DNA of 64,000 nucleotides. Source: Raja brachyura. Taxonomy: Eukaryota. Positions 23,222-34,562 of the stretch are shown here, piece after piece. A program made the translations under genes and the position numbers. How positions within the stretch are numbered: position 1 is the first letter of the stretch; every line of letters begins with the position of its first letter. The stretch is from the NCBI GenBank assembly GCA_963514005.1, contig OY740783.1:5952001-6016000 (forward strand), written 5' to 3'. Under the pieces are notes generated by a model. The model did not search any database and was not told the DNA's origin. It saw nothing but the letters and a program-made list of their open reading frames with translations.

Positions 23222-24915
23222 AAGCGGATGACACAAAGTTGGGTGGCAGTGTGAACTGTGAAGAGGATGTTAGGAGGTTACAGGGCGACCTGGACAGGTC
23301 GAGTGAGTGGGCAGATGCGTGGCAGATGCAGTACAATATAGATACATGTGAGGTTATTCACTTTGGCGGCAAAAACAAGGGGGCAGATTATTATCTCAAT
23401 GAAGTTAGGTTAGGTAAGGGGGAGGTACAGAGAGACCTATGTATCACTTGTACACCAGTCACTGGAAGTTGGCGTGCAGGTACAACAGGCAGTGAAGAAA
23501 GCTAATGGAATGTTGGCCTTCATAACAAGAGGATTTCAGTACAGGAGTAAAGAGGTTCTTCTGCAGTTGTATAGGGCTCTGATAAGATCACATCTGGAGT
23601 ATTGTGTACAGTTTTGGTCTCCTAATTTGAGGAAGGACTTCCTTGTGATTGAGGCAGTGCAGCGTAGGTTCACGAGATTGAAACGTTTTCACCCGGAGAG
23701 TTGTAGAATTTGTAGAATTCCCTGCCACAGAGGGCAGTGGAGGCCAAATCACTGGATGGATTTAAGAGAGAGTTAGATAGAGCTCTAGGGGCTAGTGGAG
23801 TCAAGGGATATGGGGAGAAGGCAGGCACGGGTTATTGATTGGGGACGATCAGCCATGATCACAATGAATGGCGGAGCTGGATCAAAGGGCCAAATGGCCG
23901 CCTCCTGCACCTCTTTTCCACATTTCTAACTTTCTATGTTTGTATGTATCAAGACACACACATGCAGAAGTAAGAATTTAATTGTACCGCTCTCGGCACT
24001 TATGAAAATTATACATTCTTGATACTTGAAGCGCCATATGTAAGAAACATATCCTGTTCCTGCTTTTTCCAATATCCCACGATTCCTTTAGTGCTAAGAT
24101 CTAAACCTAACTCTCTCTTGAAAATATCCAGTGAATTGGCCTCCGATGCCTTCAGTGGCAGAAAATTCCACAGATTCACAACTCTCTGGGTGAATTTTTT
24201 TATCCTTATCTCATCTTACATGGCCTATCCCTTATTCTTAAACTGTGACCCTGGTTCTGGTCTCCCCCAACGGCGGGAACATTTTCCCTGCATCCAGCCT
24301 CTCAGTCCCGCCATGCCGGGAATAAACCTTGTGAAATTAATGGATGTTATGGTCCACTGCACTACCTCAATAGCAATAATGTCCTTCCTCAAATTAGGAG
24401 ACCAAAATCAAAATAGGACGTACATGGTAAATGGTAGGGAATTGAGGAGTGCTGTGGAACAGAGGGATCTAGGAATAACTGTGCATAGTTCCCTGAAGGT
24501 GGAATCGCATGTACATAGGGTGGTAAAGAAAGCTTTTGGTGTGCTGGCCTTTATAAATCAGAGCATTGAATATAGGAGAAGGGAAGTAATGTTAAAATTG
24601 TACAAGGCATTGGTAAGACCAATTCTGGACTATGGAGTACAATTTTGGTCGCCTAATTCTAGGAAGGATGTCAACAAAATAGAGAGAGTACAGAGGAGAT
24701 TTTCTAGAATGTCGCCTGGGTTCCAGCAACTAAGTTACAGAGAAAGGTTGAACAAGTTAGGTCTTTATTCTTTGGAGCGCAGAACGTTAAGGGGGGACTT
24801 GATTGAGGTCTTTACAATGATCAAAGGGATCGACAGAGTTGACGTGGATAAGCTTTTCCCATTGAAGGTAGGGAAGATTCAAACAAGAGGGCATGACATG
24901 AGAATGAAGGTGAAA
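23222..24915 (+). mobile_element. Cluster of CR1 LINE fragments of mixed orientation and subfamily
   Basis: ADDTKLGG, KKANGMLAFI, LYRAL..HLEYCVQFWSP motifs. ORF 24019-25092 is a chance fusion of several fragments. Confidence 0.85.
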
Positions 24916-25832
24916 TCCACAACTGCACGGGCTAAACCACGGCTACTGAAATTAAAGGAATGTTTCGCGTGTCGCTGGGTGAAAAGCGTTTTCTTGGAAG
25001 TACAAGTAGCTGAGATGGAGAAATCGAGAGTAAGGGATGGCGTCCTTGCACGAGGGAGATTGGAAGGATGCAGTCAAAGTAACAAGTATTAATGGGCGTC
25101 TGTGCGTAGTCTATCTTTTGTGATGGAGACAGAGAGATCCTGAAAGCGGAGTTCCGTCACGGAGATTGTCCTCGTGAATTTCCGTTGTTCTATTTCATTT
25201 CTCCGTGTCAGTAACACTCTCTGTAGACGTGAAGCTTGTCAAGCCCTTAACGCAGGGTGAATTATATTCACATTTAAACTCCTTGACACCTCATTTTTAC
25301 CATGTTACATGGGACATGCTCCAGGGAAATATTTGTAACGTGATTTCACGAACAACAGTGTTGTACACTGAATAATATTTATAGTAATGGATCACCACTC
25401 GACAAGAACATTAAAGGTTGGAGCAGGGGAGGCCATTTGGCCCTTAAAACTGGTTCAACCTGATCATCATGTGCCCGATTATTCAAAATATTATTAGATC
25501 CCTCCAACGCCCAGAACTCTATCTAGCAAATTTGTGAATGGATGTAATGAACATCCATTCTATCTTTTAATCAATTGCACTTCTCACTTTCAGTCCAAAG
25601 TGACTTTCAGTCCAAACTATCAGAAGAGCACAATTTCATTTCGGAGTCACGTGAGTGACTTCGTGAAGAACCCGCCAGCACGCATGCGCGACATATCGTC
25701 GCTCGCATTGCAGTCGACGGCTGGAGAGGAGCGCGGCTCATCACCAGCCCTTCATAAGGGCCACTCAGGTAAGTACTAACAACCTTGAGTTGGTTGTTCT
25801 GTGTGAATAATTGTGTTTTCTTCCACAGAGAC

Positions 25833-27602
25833 ATGGACAGTAGAAAAAGTAAAGGCCGTAAAACTTCTGCAAGGAGTTGTCGGCAACCCAACCCGGAGCC
25901 CCCCTCCACGGCAGGAGGACGGGCCGGGAAAAAGGCGCGCAAGCCGGGGAGCCCTGTATTCACAGGATCCGGTTCACCGACGCAGCTATGCCCTAGCGGG
26001 GTACCTGCAGAACAATCAGTCGGTACAGCGCCGGAGCAGGTGCATCCTGACTCCATCTCTCTCTCACCCACTGGGTCGTTTGCAGAGACAAGTAAAAGGG
26101 ATTCGCGTGCTGATGCACGGCCCTTCTCCCTGAGCCCTCTTGAAGGAGGCAGGGATACAATTCCACTACCTAGCCCTTCGCGGGTTGAGGTCTCACCAGG
26201 AGCCACTAGGAAGTGGTCTGGTGAATCAGGCAGGCCCGAGTCCACTGGCAGACCAAGAAGGGCCAGTGTCGACTCACCACCCAGAGGGACCAGGAGGAGT
26301 CACAAGGGTGGAGCCTCGCCTAGGTCACCGCTTCCCCCGCTGGGGGCAGGTCGGGACCGTACGCCGTCTGGGTCCAGATTTAGGACAGTCGGCAAGCCCG
26401 TGCGGACGTCGGGTCACCACGCTGCGGCGTCAGGTGCCGACCTCTCCCCACCCATGCCCTTTGAGGCAGCCGGGTCCAGCTCAGCGAAGAGGAGGCGCTC
26501 GAGCAGGTCCGCGCGGGAATCGCTCAGCTTCGCCGAGGCGGCTGGTAGCGACACATCATCACAGTACCGATATTACCTCGACGAGGTACGGACTGATGAT
26601 CGAAGCCTCAGGAGTTCCTTCGGGCACGAGGCCTCTTACCTCCCACACCCGCCCGATGAAGGGCGCTTGGATCGTATGGAGAGGATATTGGAGCAAGTTC
26701 TACTCAATCAGAAACAGGACACACACAGCTCCAGGGGACTCATGGATATATCCCCGTCCCCATCTATGGACAACATAAGACCAGATGAGGAGGATATCCT
26801 GGTACATGCCCCAGCAGCACCTGAGGTCCCTCAGGAAGATCTGCTGGATGTGGCAGCCAAATTCGGGTTACCCGTATCATCAGGACAACCCCTCAACATC
26901 AAACTGGCCGCAACCATAGATTATCTTACCAACCATCAATTGCAGGAGGAGGTCCTTGCGAAGGCCATGGAGAGACACAAGGCTCCAGGGAACTGCAATT
27001 CACTCCACGTGCCGATTGTGAACATGCCAATCTGGGGTAATATCAGCCCGGGCATCAGAGCGCAGGAAGTGAAACTGCAGAGGATTTTAAAACTGCTTAC
27101 GTCTGGGATCACCGCTTTTGCAAAGTCGGTAGATGGGGTTGATCTAAGCACCGAACAGGAGGATGCTCTAGCTCTGCTCTGCAATACGCAGTACGAGATC
27201 AACGCTTTCCGGAAGAGCATTATCAAACCTTCCTTGAATCCCAAATTTGCGGGACTATGCAGAGCACCTCCTACCCCCCCCCCACCTAGACAGCTGTTCG
27301 GGGAAGACCTCCCAAAGCAGGTCAAAGAGCTCGATGACCATGCGAAAACCATAGGTCTGATGAGACCACATTTTGTGGCCAGACCTTCGGCCAAGAAGAC
27401 ACCTTACTTCAGGCCACGAGGTCAGACCGATAGGCCAACAAGGACCTACGTTCCGGCACCTCCTCAATATCAACAGCCTCATCAGCCCAGGCCTTTTTTA
27501 GGACTAGGCCCTCAGCGGCCAGCATGGAAGATGCGGATTCCGCACCAACCACGAAACCCAGCGCCTCCACGTCCCACCAAAAATCCCAGGGACCGCCGAT
27601 AA
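25833..27602 (+). CDS. DIRS Gag-like ORF1 (copy 1)
   Basis: Low-complexity N-terminus, then P.NC..L.VP.VN..IW and LFG.DL motifs. Collinear with ORF 37579-39324. Confidence 0.85.
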   Translation: MDSRKSKGRKTSARSCRQPNPEPPSTAGGRAGKKARKPGSPVFTGSGSPTQLCPSGVPAEQSVGTAPEQVHPDSISLSPTGSFAETSKRDSRADARPFSLSPLEGGRDTIPLPSPSRVEVSPGATRKWSGESGRPESTGRPRRASVDSPPRGTRRSHKGGASPRSPLPPLGAGRDRTPSGSRFRTVGKPVRTSGHHAAASGADLSPPMPFEAAGSSSAKRRRSSRSARESLSFAEAAGSDTSSQYRYYLDEVRTDDRSLRSSFGHEASYLPHPPDEGRLDRMERILEQVLLNQKQDTHSSRGLMDISPSPSMDNIRPDEEDILVHAPAAPEVPQEDLLDVAAKFGLPVSSGQPLNIKLAATIDYLTNHQLQEEVLAKAMERHKAPGNCNSLHVPIVNMPIWGNISPGIRAQEVKLQRILKLLTSGITAFAKSVDGVDLSTEQEDALALLCNTQYEINAFRKSIIKPSLNPKFAGLCRAPPTPPPPRQLFGEDLPKQVKELDDHAKTIGLMRPHFVARPSAKKTPYFRPRGQTDRPTRTYVPAPPQYQQPHQPRPFLGLGPQRPAWKMRIPHQPRNPAPPRPTKNPRDRR

Positions 27603-27604
27603 CC

Positions 27605-29534
27605 ATGAAGGTAAGGGGGTCTGGGTTCCATGCACTTGCATGTCTAACCTCACGAATTGGGGGCAGATTACGGGGATTTAAGGAGGCTTGGGAAACCATC
27701 ACTTCAGATGAGTTTATCTTGCAAAGTATTCAGGGTTATGAAATTGAGTTTATTCATGGCCAATTGCCTCCACCCCAGCATATGCCGAATCGCAAATTTG
27801 CACTTTCCAAAAAAGAATTGGCAGAAGGCTATGCTGAAATCTTGAGTTTACAAGACAAAGGTGTGATAGAACGAACCACACATGAACCAGTTGAATTTGT
27901 GTCTAATATATTTACTAAAACTAAAAAAGACGGTGGATGCCGGGTCATTATAGATTTAACTCACTTGAATACCTTTGTAAAATACACCCATTTCAAAATG
28001 GACACATTTGAAACAGCCAAATCTTTGATTTCGGAGGGCTGCTTCATGGCATGCATTGATTTAAAAGATGCATACTATTCAGTATCCATTCGGAAACATC
28101 ATAGGAAGTTCTTGAAGTTTACCTGGATGGATCAGCTTTGGGCAATACAAAGCATTGCCCAATGGGCTTACTACAGCCCCCAGACTGTTCACCAAACTAC
28201 TCAAGCCAGTGTTATCTACACTGCGGAGACAAAATCATACGGTCATGGCTTATTTGGATGACATTCTGATAATTGGGCACACTCTGGAATCCGCAGAGTT
28301 GGCGGTTTCAGCCACAGTGGAAATTTTTCAACAAATGGGGTTTATAATCCATCCAGACAAATCAAAGTTCCTCCCCGCACAGATCATGGACTACTTGGGG
28401 TTCACAATAGACTCCAATCGCATGATCACCACCATCCCAACTAACAAAGTTGGTGATGTGTTTCAAGCATGCAAGAACCTGGTCTGCGCCAGTATACCGT
28501 CTATCAGATTAACTGCCAGGGTAATTGGCAAAATTGTAGCAGTATTTCCAGCTGCTCAATATGGACCTTTACACTATCAGAATTTACAAAGGTCAAAAAT
28601 AACAGCATTAAAATTAAATGCTGGACATTATGATAGACCCATGCAGTTGCCGGTTAAGGCAAAACTTGAGTTACTATGGTGGATTGGCAATATCCATAAC
28701 TCATTTAAACCCATCATTGTGCCTCGTCCAAAGGTATACTTGCAAACAGATGCAAGCTCCCATGGCTGGGGAGCTACAGACAACAATAACAGTTGTGGAG
28801 GTAGATGGGATTCACTTGAAGCTACTTTGTTGTTAGCACAAGGGATAAACTATTTGGAGATGCTAGGAGCATTCCACGGACTTAGAGCCTATTGTTCAAA
28901 CATGACTAACACTCATGTCCGTCTCCAAATAGACAATACCACTGCGGTGGCTTATCTGAATCATATGGGCGGTACCAGGTCAATTTCATGCAATGAATTG
29001 GCAAACACAATTTGGCTCTGGTGTATTCAACGGAATATTTGGATCTCAGCTACCTACTTGCCAGGTGAGCTCAATACAGTGGCGGACACCAGGTCACGGA
29101 AGTTCAATGACAATATCGAGTGGATGTTGAACCCCCAAATATTCACCAAAATTACAGCCAAATTTGGTAAACCGGATATTGACCTTTTTGCGTCACGGTT
29201 GAACCATCAGGTACCAACATACGTATCATGGGAGCCAGATCCTGGGGCAATGGCGATGGACGCATTCTCGCTAGACTGGGGGAAATGGTTCTTCTATGCC
29301 TTTCCTCCATTCTGCCTCATCAGTCGGGTATTGCGGAAAATCCAGCTCGATGCTGCCAAGGGCATCCTCATTATACCCGACTGGCCTACGCAATCATGGT
29401 ATCCGGTGGTCCTTGGAATGATAAGTCAACCATGGGTCCTCTTGGAGGGTTGCCCACAATTGGTGACGAACCCTGCCACAGGGGAACCACACCCCTGCCA
29501 TAGTCATTTGAATCTATTGGCTTGCAGGATCTGA
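27605..29534 (+). pseudogene. DIRS Pol (RT, RNase H, Dam-like methyltransferase), frameshifted near 28140
   Basis: DLKDAYY, YLDD, TDAS..GWG, DNTTA, DLFAS, YAFPPF. One extra G (ctttgggcaatac versus ctctggcaatat in copy 2) splits it into ORFs 27524-28261 and 28155-29534. Confidence 0.9.
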
Positions 29535-30511
29535 ACAGGCCACTACTTCAGTATGGTCTATCTTCAAGGACAATGGATACCATGGGAGCATCATGCAGGG
29601 AGTCCTCAAGACGGCAGTACTTATCGTACATCAGGAAATGGGAATCCTATTGTGGCCGCATGGACGTTGCATATGACTCCGTCTCCATCACAGATGTGCT
29701 GGAATTTCTTGCGGGGCTACATCATGATCAACATCTCAGCTATAGTGCCATCAATAGCGCCAGGAGTGCGCTCTCGTCCTACCTCAATATTGAGGTAGGA
29801 TCCAATAAATTGGTCTCCAAACTTATGCGGGGGATATTTAATTCCAACCCGCCGAGGCCCCGTTACAACGTCACATGGGATATTGGCAAAGTGCTGACCC
29901 TGCTGAGAACATGGTCACCCATGACGGGGCTCGAATTGGACAAACTCACCCTGAAGGTGGTGATGTTGATGGCACTTACTTCAGCACAAAGGGTGCAAAC
30001 GCTTCACAAGGCCAAGATCGACAGAATGATCTCCACCCCTGAACGGGTCACTTTCTTCATTGATGAATTGCTCAAGCAGCATAGACCTGGATTTACAGGG
30101 CTGCAGCTGGAGTTTCCAGCATACCCCGCTGATGCTAGGCTATGCATAGCCACCCATATCCGCCACTATATCAAAGTGACGAGGAAAATATGGGGAATGG
30201 AGCAATACCTGTTCATCAGTCACAAAAAACCTCACCATAGAGTGACGGTGCAGACGATATCCCGATGGCTCAGGATCGTCTTAAACAAGGCAGGTATTGA
30301 CACTAATGTTTTTAAATCCCATTCCACCAGGGCAGCATCAACATCGGCGGCAAAGGCCATGGAGGTGCCCATGGACCAGATACTTGCCACAGCGGGATGG
30401 GCCAGTGAAGCCACTTTTCAACGGTTTTACAATAAACCCGTCACCGTACCTGGAATGTTCGCAGGAGCCGTGCTGGATGCAGGCCGAGAACATACAGTTC
30501 CCCCTCAGTGA
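29528..30511 (+). CDS. DIRS tyrosine recombinase (copy 1)
   Basis: SAQRV (R), LKQ (K), HSTR, AGW, F.RFY catalytic pattern. Confidence 0.92.
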   Translation, partial: DLNRPLLQYGLSSRTMDTMGASCRESSRRQYLSYIRKWESYCGRMDVAYDSVSITDVLEFLAGLHHDQHLSYSAINSARSALSSYLNIEVGSNKLVSKLMRGIFNSNPPRPRYNVTWDIGKVLTLLRTWSPMTGLELDKLTLKVVMLMALTSAQRVQTLHKAKIDRMISTPERVTFFIDELLKQHRPGFTGLQLEFPAYPADARLCIATHIRHYIKVTRKIWGMEQYLFISHKKPHHRVTVQTISRWLRIVLNKAGIDTNVFKSHSTRAASTSAAKAMEVPMDQILATAGWASEATFQRFYNKPVTVPGMFAGAVLDAGREHTVPPQ

Positions 30512-31349
30512 GGGGTCCTTTCTTGTTGTTATTAATAAATATTATTATTTTTTCAGAGAAACAGTGACGGAAATTGATTACTGCTGTCCACCTTTTCAGT
30601 AGCGTGTGTGATAGCATGGACGTTGTCCAGGGCGTGAAATCACAGAAGCTTTGAAGTCTTCACGAAGTCACTCACGTGACTCCGAAATGAAATAGTAAGA
30701 TTAAACGAGAACTTACCAGTTTGAAGTTTGATCTTTATTTTATGAGGAGTTGCGATGAGGGATTTCGTGCCCTCCGCTCCCAACCCTCGATCATAAAGTC
30801 AACTGGTAACTAGAGTCTCTTTAATCTTACTATAACAAGTCATTTCTTGGCTTGGTTTTTCTGTGATTCCACACCGCGGCTTTGAAGTATGTCGCGCATG
30901 CGTGCTGGCGGGTTCTTCACGAAATCCCTCATCGCAACTCCTCATAAAATAAAGATCAAACTTCAAACTGGTAAGTTCTCGTTTAATCTTACTATTAAAT
31001 TATGAATCCTAATGACCCATTTGTTATTCAATAGCGTCGCCAGTTGAGGGTTTGAGACACGTGTTGCTGGGCAGATCTTGGAGTTGTTAGTTCGCAGTCA
31101 GCAGCTCTGTGCTTTGGGCTGGAATCAGTACATTCATTTCTCTAAATAATCCACAGGTGCTTCCGTTCAGGTATTCCTGCTCTTTGCTAACGGTGGAGTG
31201 TTGGACTTCACCCACATAATGTGCAGGGGAAAGGTGAAATCAATTGGAATCAGAAAAAATATGAATAAATATGAAATGCCATGCATTTAAAAATGAAGCT
31301 TTAAAGGCGAGTTCTGAGGCTAATAAAATTAAGTGAGACACAGTTGCGG

Positions 31350-34300
31350 CATAGAAACATAGAAACATAGAAAATAGGTGCAGGAGGAGGGCATTTGGCC
31401 CTTCGAGCCAGCACCGCCATTCATTGCGATCATGGCTGATCGTCCCGAATCAATAACCAGTGCCAGCATTCTCCCCATATCCTTTGATTCGACTAGCCCC
31501 TAGAGCTCTATCTAACTCTCTCTTAAATCCATCCAGTGATTTGGCCTCCACTGCCCTCTGTGGCAGGGAATTCCACAAATTCACAACTCTCTGGGTGAAA
31601 ATGTTTTTTCTCACCTCAGTCTTAAATGGCCTCCCCTTTATTCTAAGACTGTGCCCCCTGGTTCTGGACTCGCCAAACATTGGGAACATTTTTCCTCTAT
31701 CTAGCTTATCCAGTCCTTTTATAATTTTATATGTTTCTATAAGATACCCCCTCATCCTTCTAAACTCCAGTGAACACAAGCCTAGTCTTTTCAATCTTTC
31801 CTCATATGACAGTCCCGCCATCCCAGGGATTAATCTCGTGACCTATGCGGCACTACCTCAATCACAAGGATGTCCTTCCTCAAATTAGGAGACCAAAACT
31901 GTATGCAATACTCCAGATGTGGTCTTACCAGAGCCCTATACAACTGCAGAAGAACCTCTCTACTCCTATACTGAAATCCTCTTGTTATGAAGGCCAACAT
32001 TCCATTAGCTTTCCTCACTGCCTGCTGCACCTGCACGCCAACATTCAGTGACTGGTGTACAAGGACACCCAGGTCTCGCTGCACCTCCCCCTCACCTAAC
32101 CTAACCCCATTCAGATGATAATCTGCCCCCTTGTTTTTGCCACCAAAGTGGATAACCTCACATTTATATATATTATACTGCATCTGCCACGCATCTGCCC
32201 ACTCACTCAACCTGTCCAGGTCACCCTGCAGCCTCCTAACATCCTCTTCACAGTTCACGCTGCCACCCAGCTTTGTGTCATCCACAAACTTGCTAGTGTT
32301 GCTCCTAATTCCCACTAACAAATCATTAATATAAATGGTAAACAGTTGTGGCCCCAACACCGAGCCTTGCGGCACTTAACTCGTTACTGCCTGCCATTCT
32401 GAAAAGGACCCGTTCACTCCTACTCTTTGCTTCCTGTCTGCCAACCAATTTTCTATTCACATCAACACCCTACCCCCAATACCATGTGCTCTAATTTTAG
32501 TCACCAGTCTCCCGTGCAGGACCTTATCAAAGGCTTTCTGAAAGTCTAGATACACTATATCCACTGGCTCCCCTTCATCCATTTTACTTCAGTCATATCC
32601 TCAAGAAATTCCAGAAGATTAGTGAAGTATGATTCTCCTTTCATAAATCCATGCTGACTTGGACTAATTCTTTTACTGCTCTCCAAATGCCCCACTATTA
32701 CCTCTTTAATAATTGACTCCAGCATCTTTCCCACCACCGAAGCCAGGCTCACTGGTCTGTAATTCCCCTTTTTCTCTCTCGCTCCTTTCTTGAAAAGTGG
32801 GATAACATTAGCTATCCTCCAATCCACAGGAACTGATCCTGAATCTATTGAAATTTGGAAAAAGATCACCAATGCGTCCACTATTTGATTGCCCGATAGG
32901 GGGCGCCGTCCTGTATGGTATGGCTGCCCAGCCTGCAGCTGTTTGTCTTTCACTCTTTTCTTTATCTTTAGTGAGTTAAAGTGCTTTGTTTGGAGTCTAT
33001 TCTTTTTTATGTGGGGGGTGGGGTGGGGGGGAAGATGGAAACTACTTTTCCTGGTCCCTACCTGGTCGGAGAGGCAGCTTTTCTCCGGGCTGCACCTTCC
33101 ACCCATCCTCGCGACCTACCACCGGGCCTGGAGCGACGTTTCCTGAGGAGACCGCCCAGAGGTGGGCGATACCTTGCCTGGGTCGCCGCGCTGGAACTCC
33201 GGTGCGCTGAAGACCGCCGACAAAAACATCGCGGAGCTGCGGGTCTCTGGAGCGGCCAGCTGTGGGAGGCGGCGCTGAACTTTACATCGGGAGCCAGTGG
33301 GGGAGCTCCATTCAGCGCGGCCTTGTTGGCTTCGGAAGCCGCGGACTCCGGTAAGGAAGCGGCCGTTCCAGGTGTCCCAAGCTGCTGAGGATTCTCCCGA
33401 CGCCGGAGAACTATCCCCCGGTGAGAACGGCCTGGAACGTCGGGCCTCCGTGAAGGCGACTGCGGAGGCCTCAATAGGCCTGACTATGGGTGGACATGGG
33501 GATAGGGACTGGACATTGTGCCTTCCCTCATAATGGGAACCATTGAGGGGGAATTTTTTAAATGTTTAAAATCTCTTTATTAGTGTTATGTCTGTATTTT
33601 TTTTATGTGCTGCATTGGCTAGAAACATTTCACTACACCAATTGGTGTACGTGACCAATAAAATAACCTTTGAACCTTTGAACTATTTCCAGAGCCACCT
33701 CCCTGAGGACCCTGGGATGCAGACCATCAGGCCCAGGGGATTTATCATCCTTCAGTCCCATTAGCCTACCCTATACTATTTCTCGTCTAATGAAAATTTC
33801 TTTCAGCTCCTCGACCCCCTTAGCTCCTCTCTCCTCCACTACATCTGGGAGATTGTTTGTGTCTTCTTTAGTGAAGACAGATCCAAAGTACCTGTTCAAC
33901 TCTTCTCCCATTTCCTTGTTACCCATAATAATTTCACCCGTGTCTGCCTTCAAGGGACCCACATTTGACTCTGCTACTCTTTTTCCCTTAACATATCTAA
34001 AGAAGCTTTTACTGTCCTTCTTTATATTCCTCGTACTTCATCTTTTCAGCCTGTATTGCCCGTTTTGTTTCCTTCTGTTGTCCTATGAAAGATTCCCAAT
34101 CATCTGGCTTCCGGCTACTCTTTGCTGTGTTATACATCTTTTCTTTTTGTTTTATTCTATCCCTAATTTCTCTTGTCAGCCACGGTTGCCTTCTACTCCC
34201 CTTAGAATCTTTCTTCCTTTTTGGAATGAAATGATCCTGTGTCTTCCGGATTATGCCCAGAAATTCCTGCCATTTCTGTTCCACCGTCATTCCTGCTAGG

Positions 34301-34562
34301 ATCCCTTTCCAGTCTATCTTGGCAAGCTCCTCTCTCATGCCTTCGTAATCTCCTTTGTTCAGCTGCATCACTGCCACTTCCGATTTAACCTTCTCCTTCT
34401 CAAATTGCAGACTAAAACTAATCATATTATGATCACTACCTCCAAGCGGTTCCTTTACCTCGAGTTCACTTATCGAATTTGGTTCATTGGCCAGCACTAA
34501 ATCCAGAATTGCCTTTTCTCTGGACAGCTCCAGTACAAGCTGCTCTAAGAATCCATCTCGAA
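31350..34562 (-). mobile_element. Long CR1 ORF2 copy, degenerate, interrupted by an insert at 32887-33681
   Basis: PQGSVLGP, F.DDTKL, RTRGH motifs and 3' tail at 31350. Confidence 0.9.
32887..33681 (+). mobile_element. Non-autonomous SINE-like retro-insert with a Rex1-like 3' end
   Basis: ACTATTT target duplication (32880-32886 and 33682-33688). 3' end catttcact...gtgaccaataaa...(cctttgaa)2 resembles the Rex1 tail at 52933-52986. Confidence 0.7.

Larger units (their letters stand above)
25633..30996 (+). mobile_element. Full-length DIRS1-like tyrosine-recombinase retrotransposon, copy 1
   Basis: Order gag, RT/RH/MT, YR. ITR 25660-25695 / 30888-30923. Internal complementary region 30657-30769 matches both termini. 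ATT at both ends. Confidence 0.95.

Noticed and set aside
24019-25092. 357-aa ORF as a host gene
   Set aside because: It is a chance read-through of antisense CR1, sense CR1 and antisense Penelope fragments.
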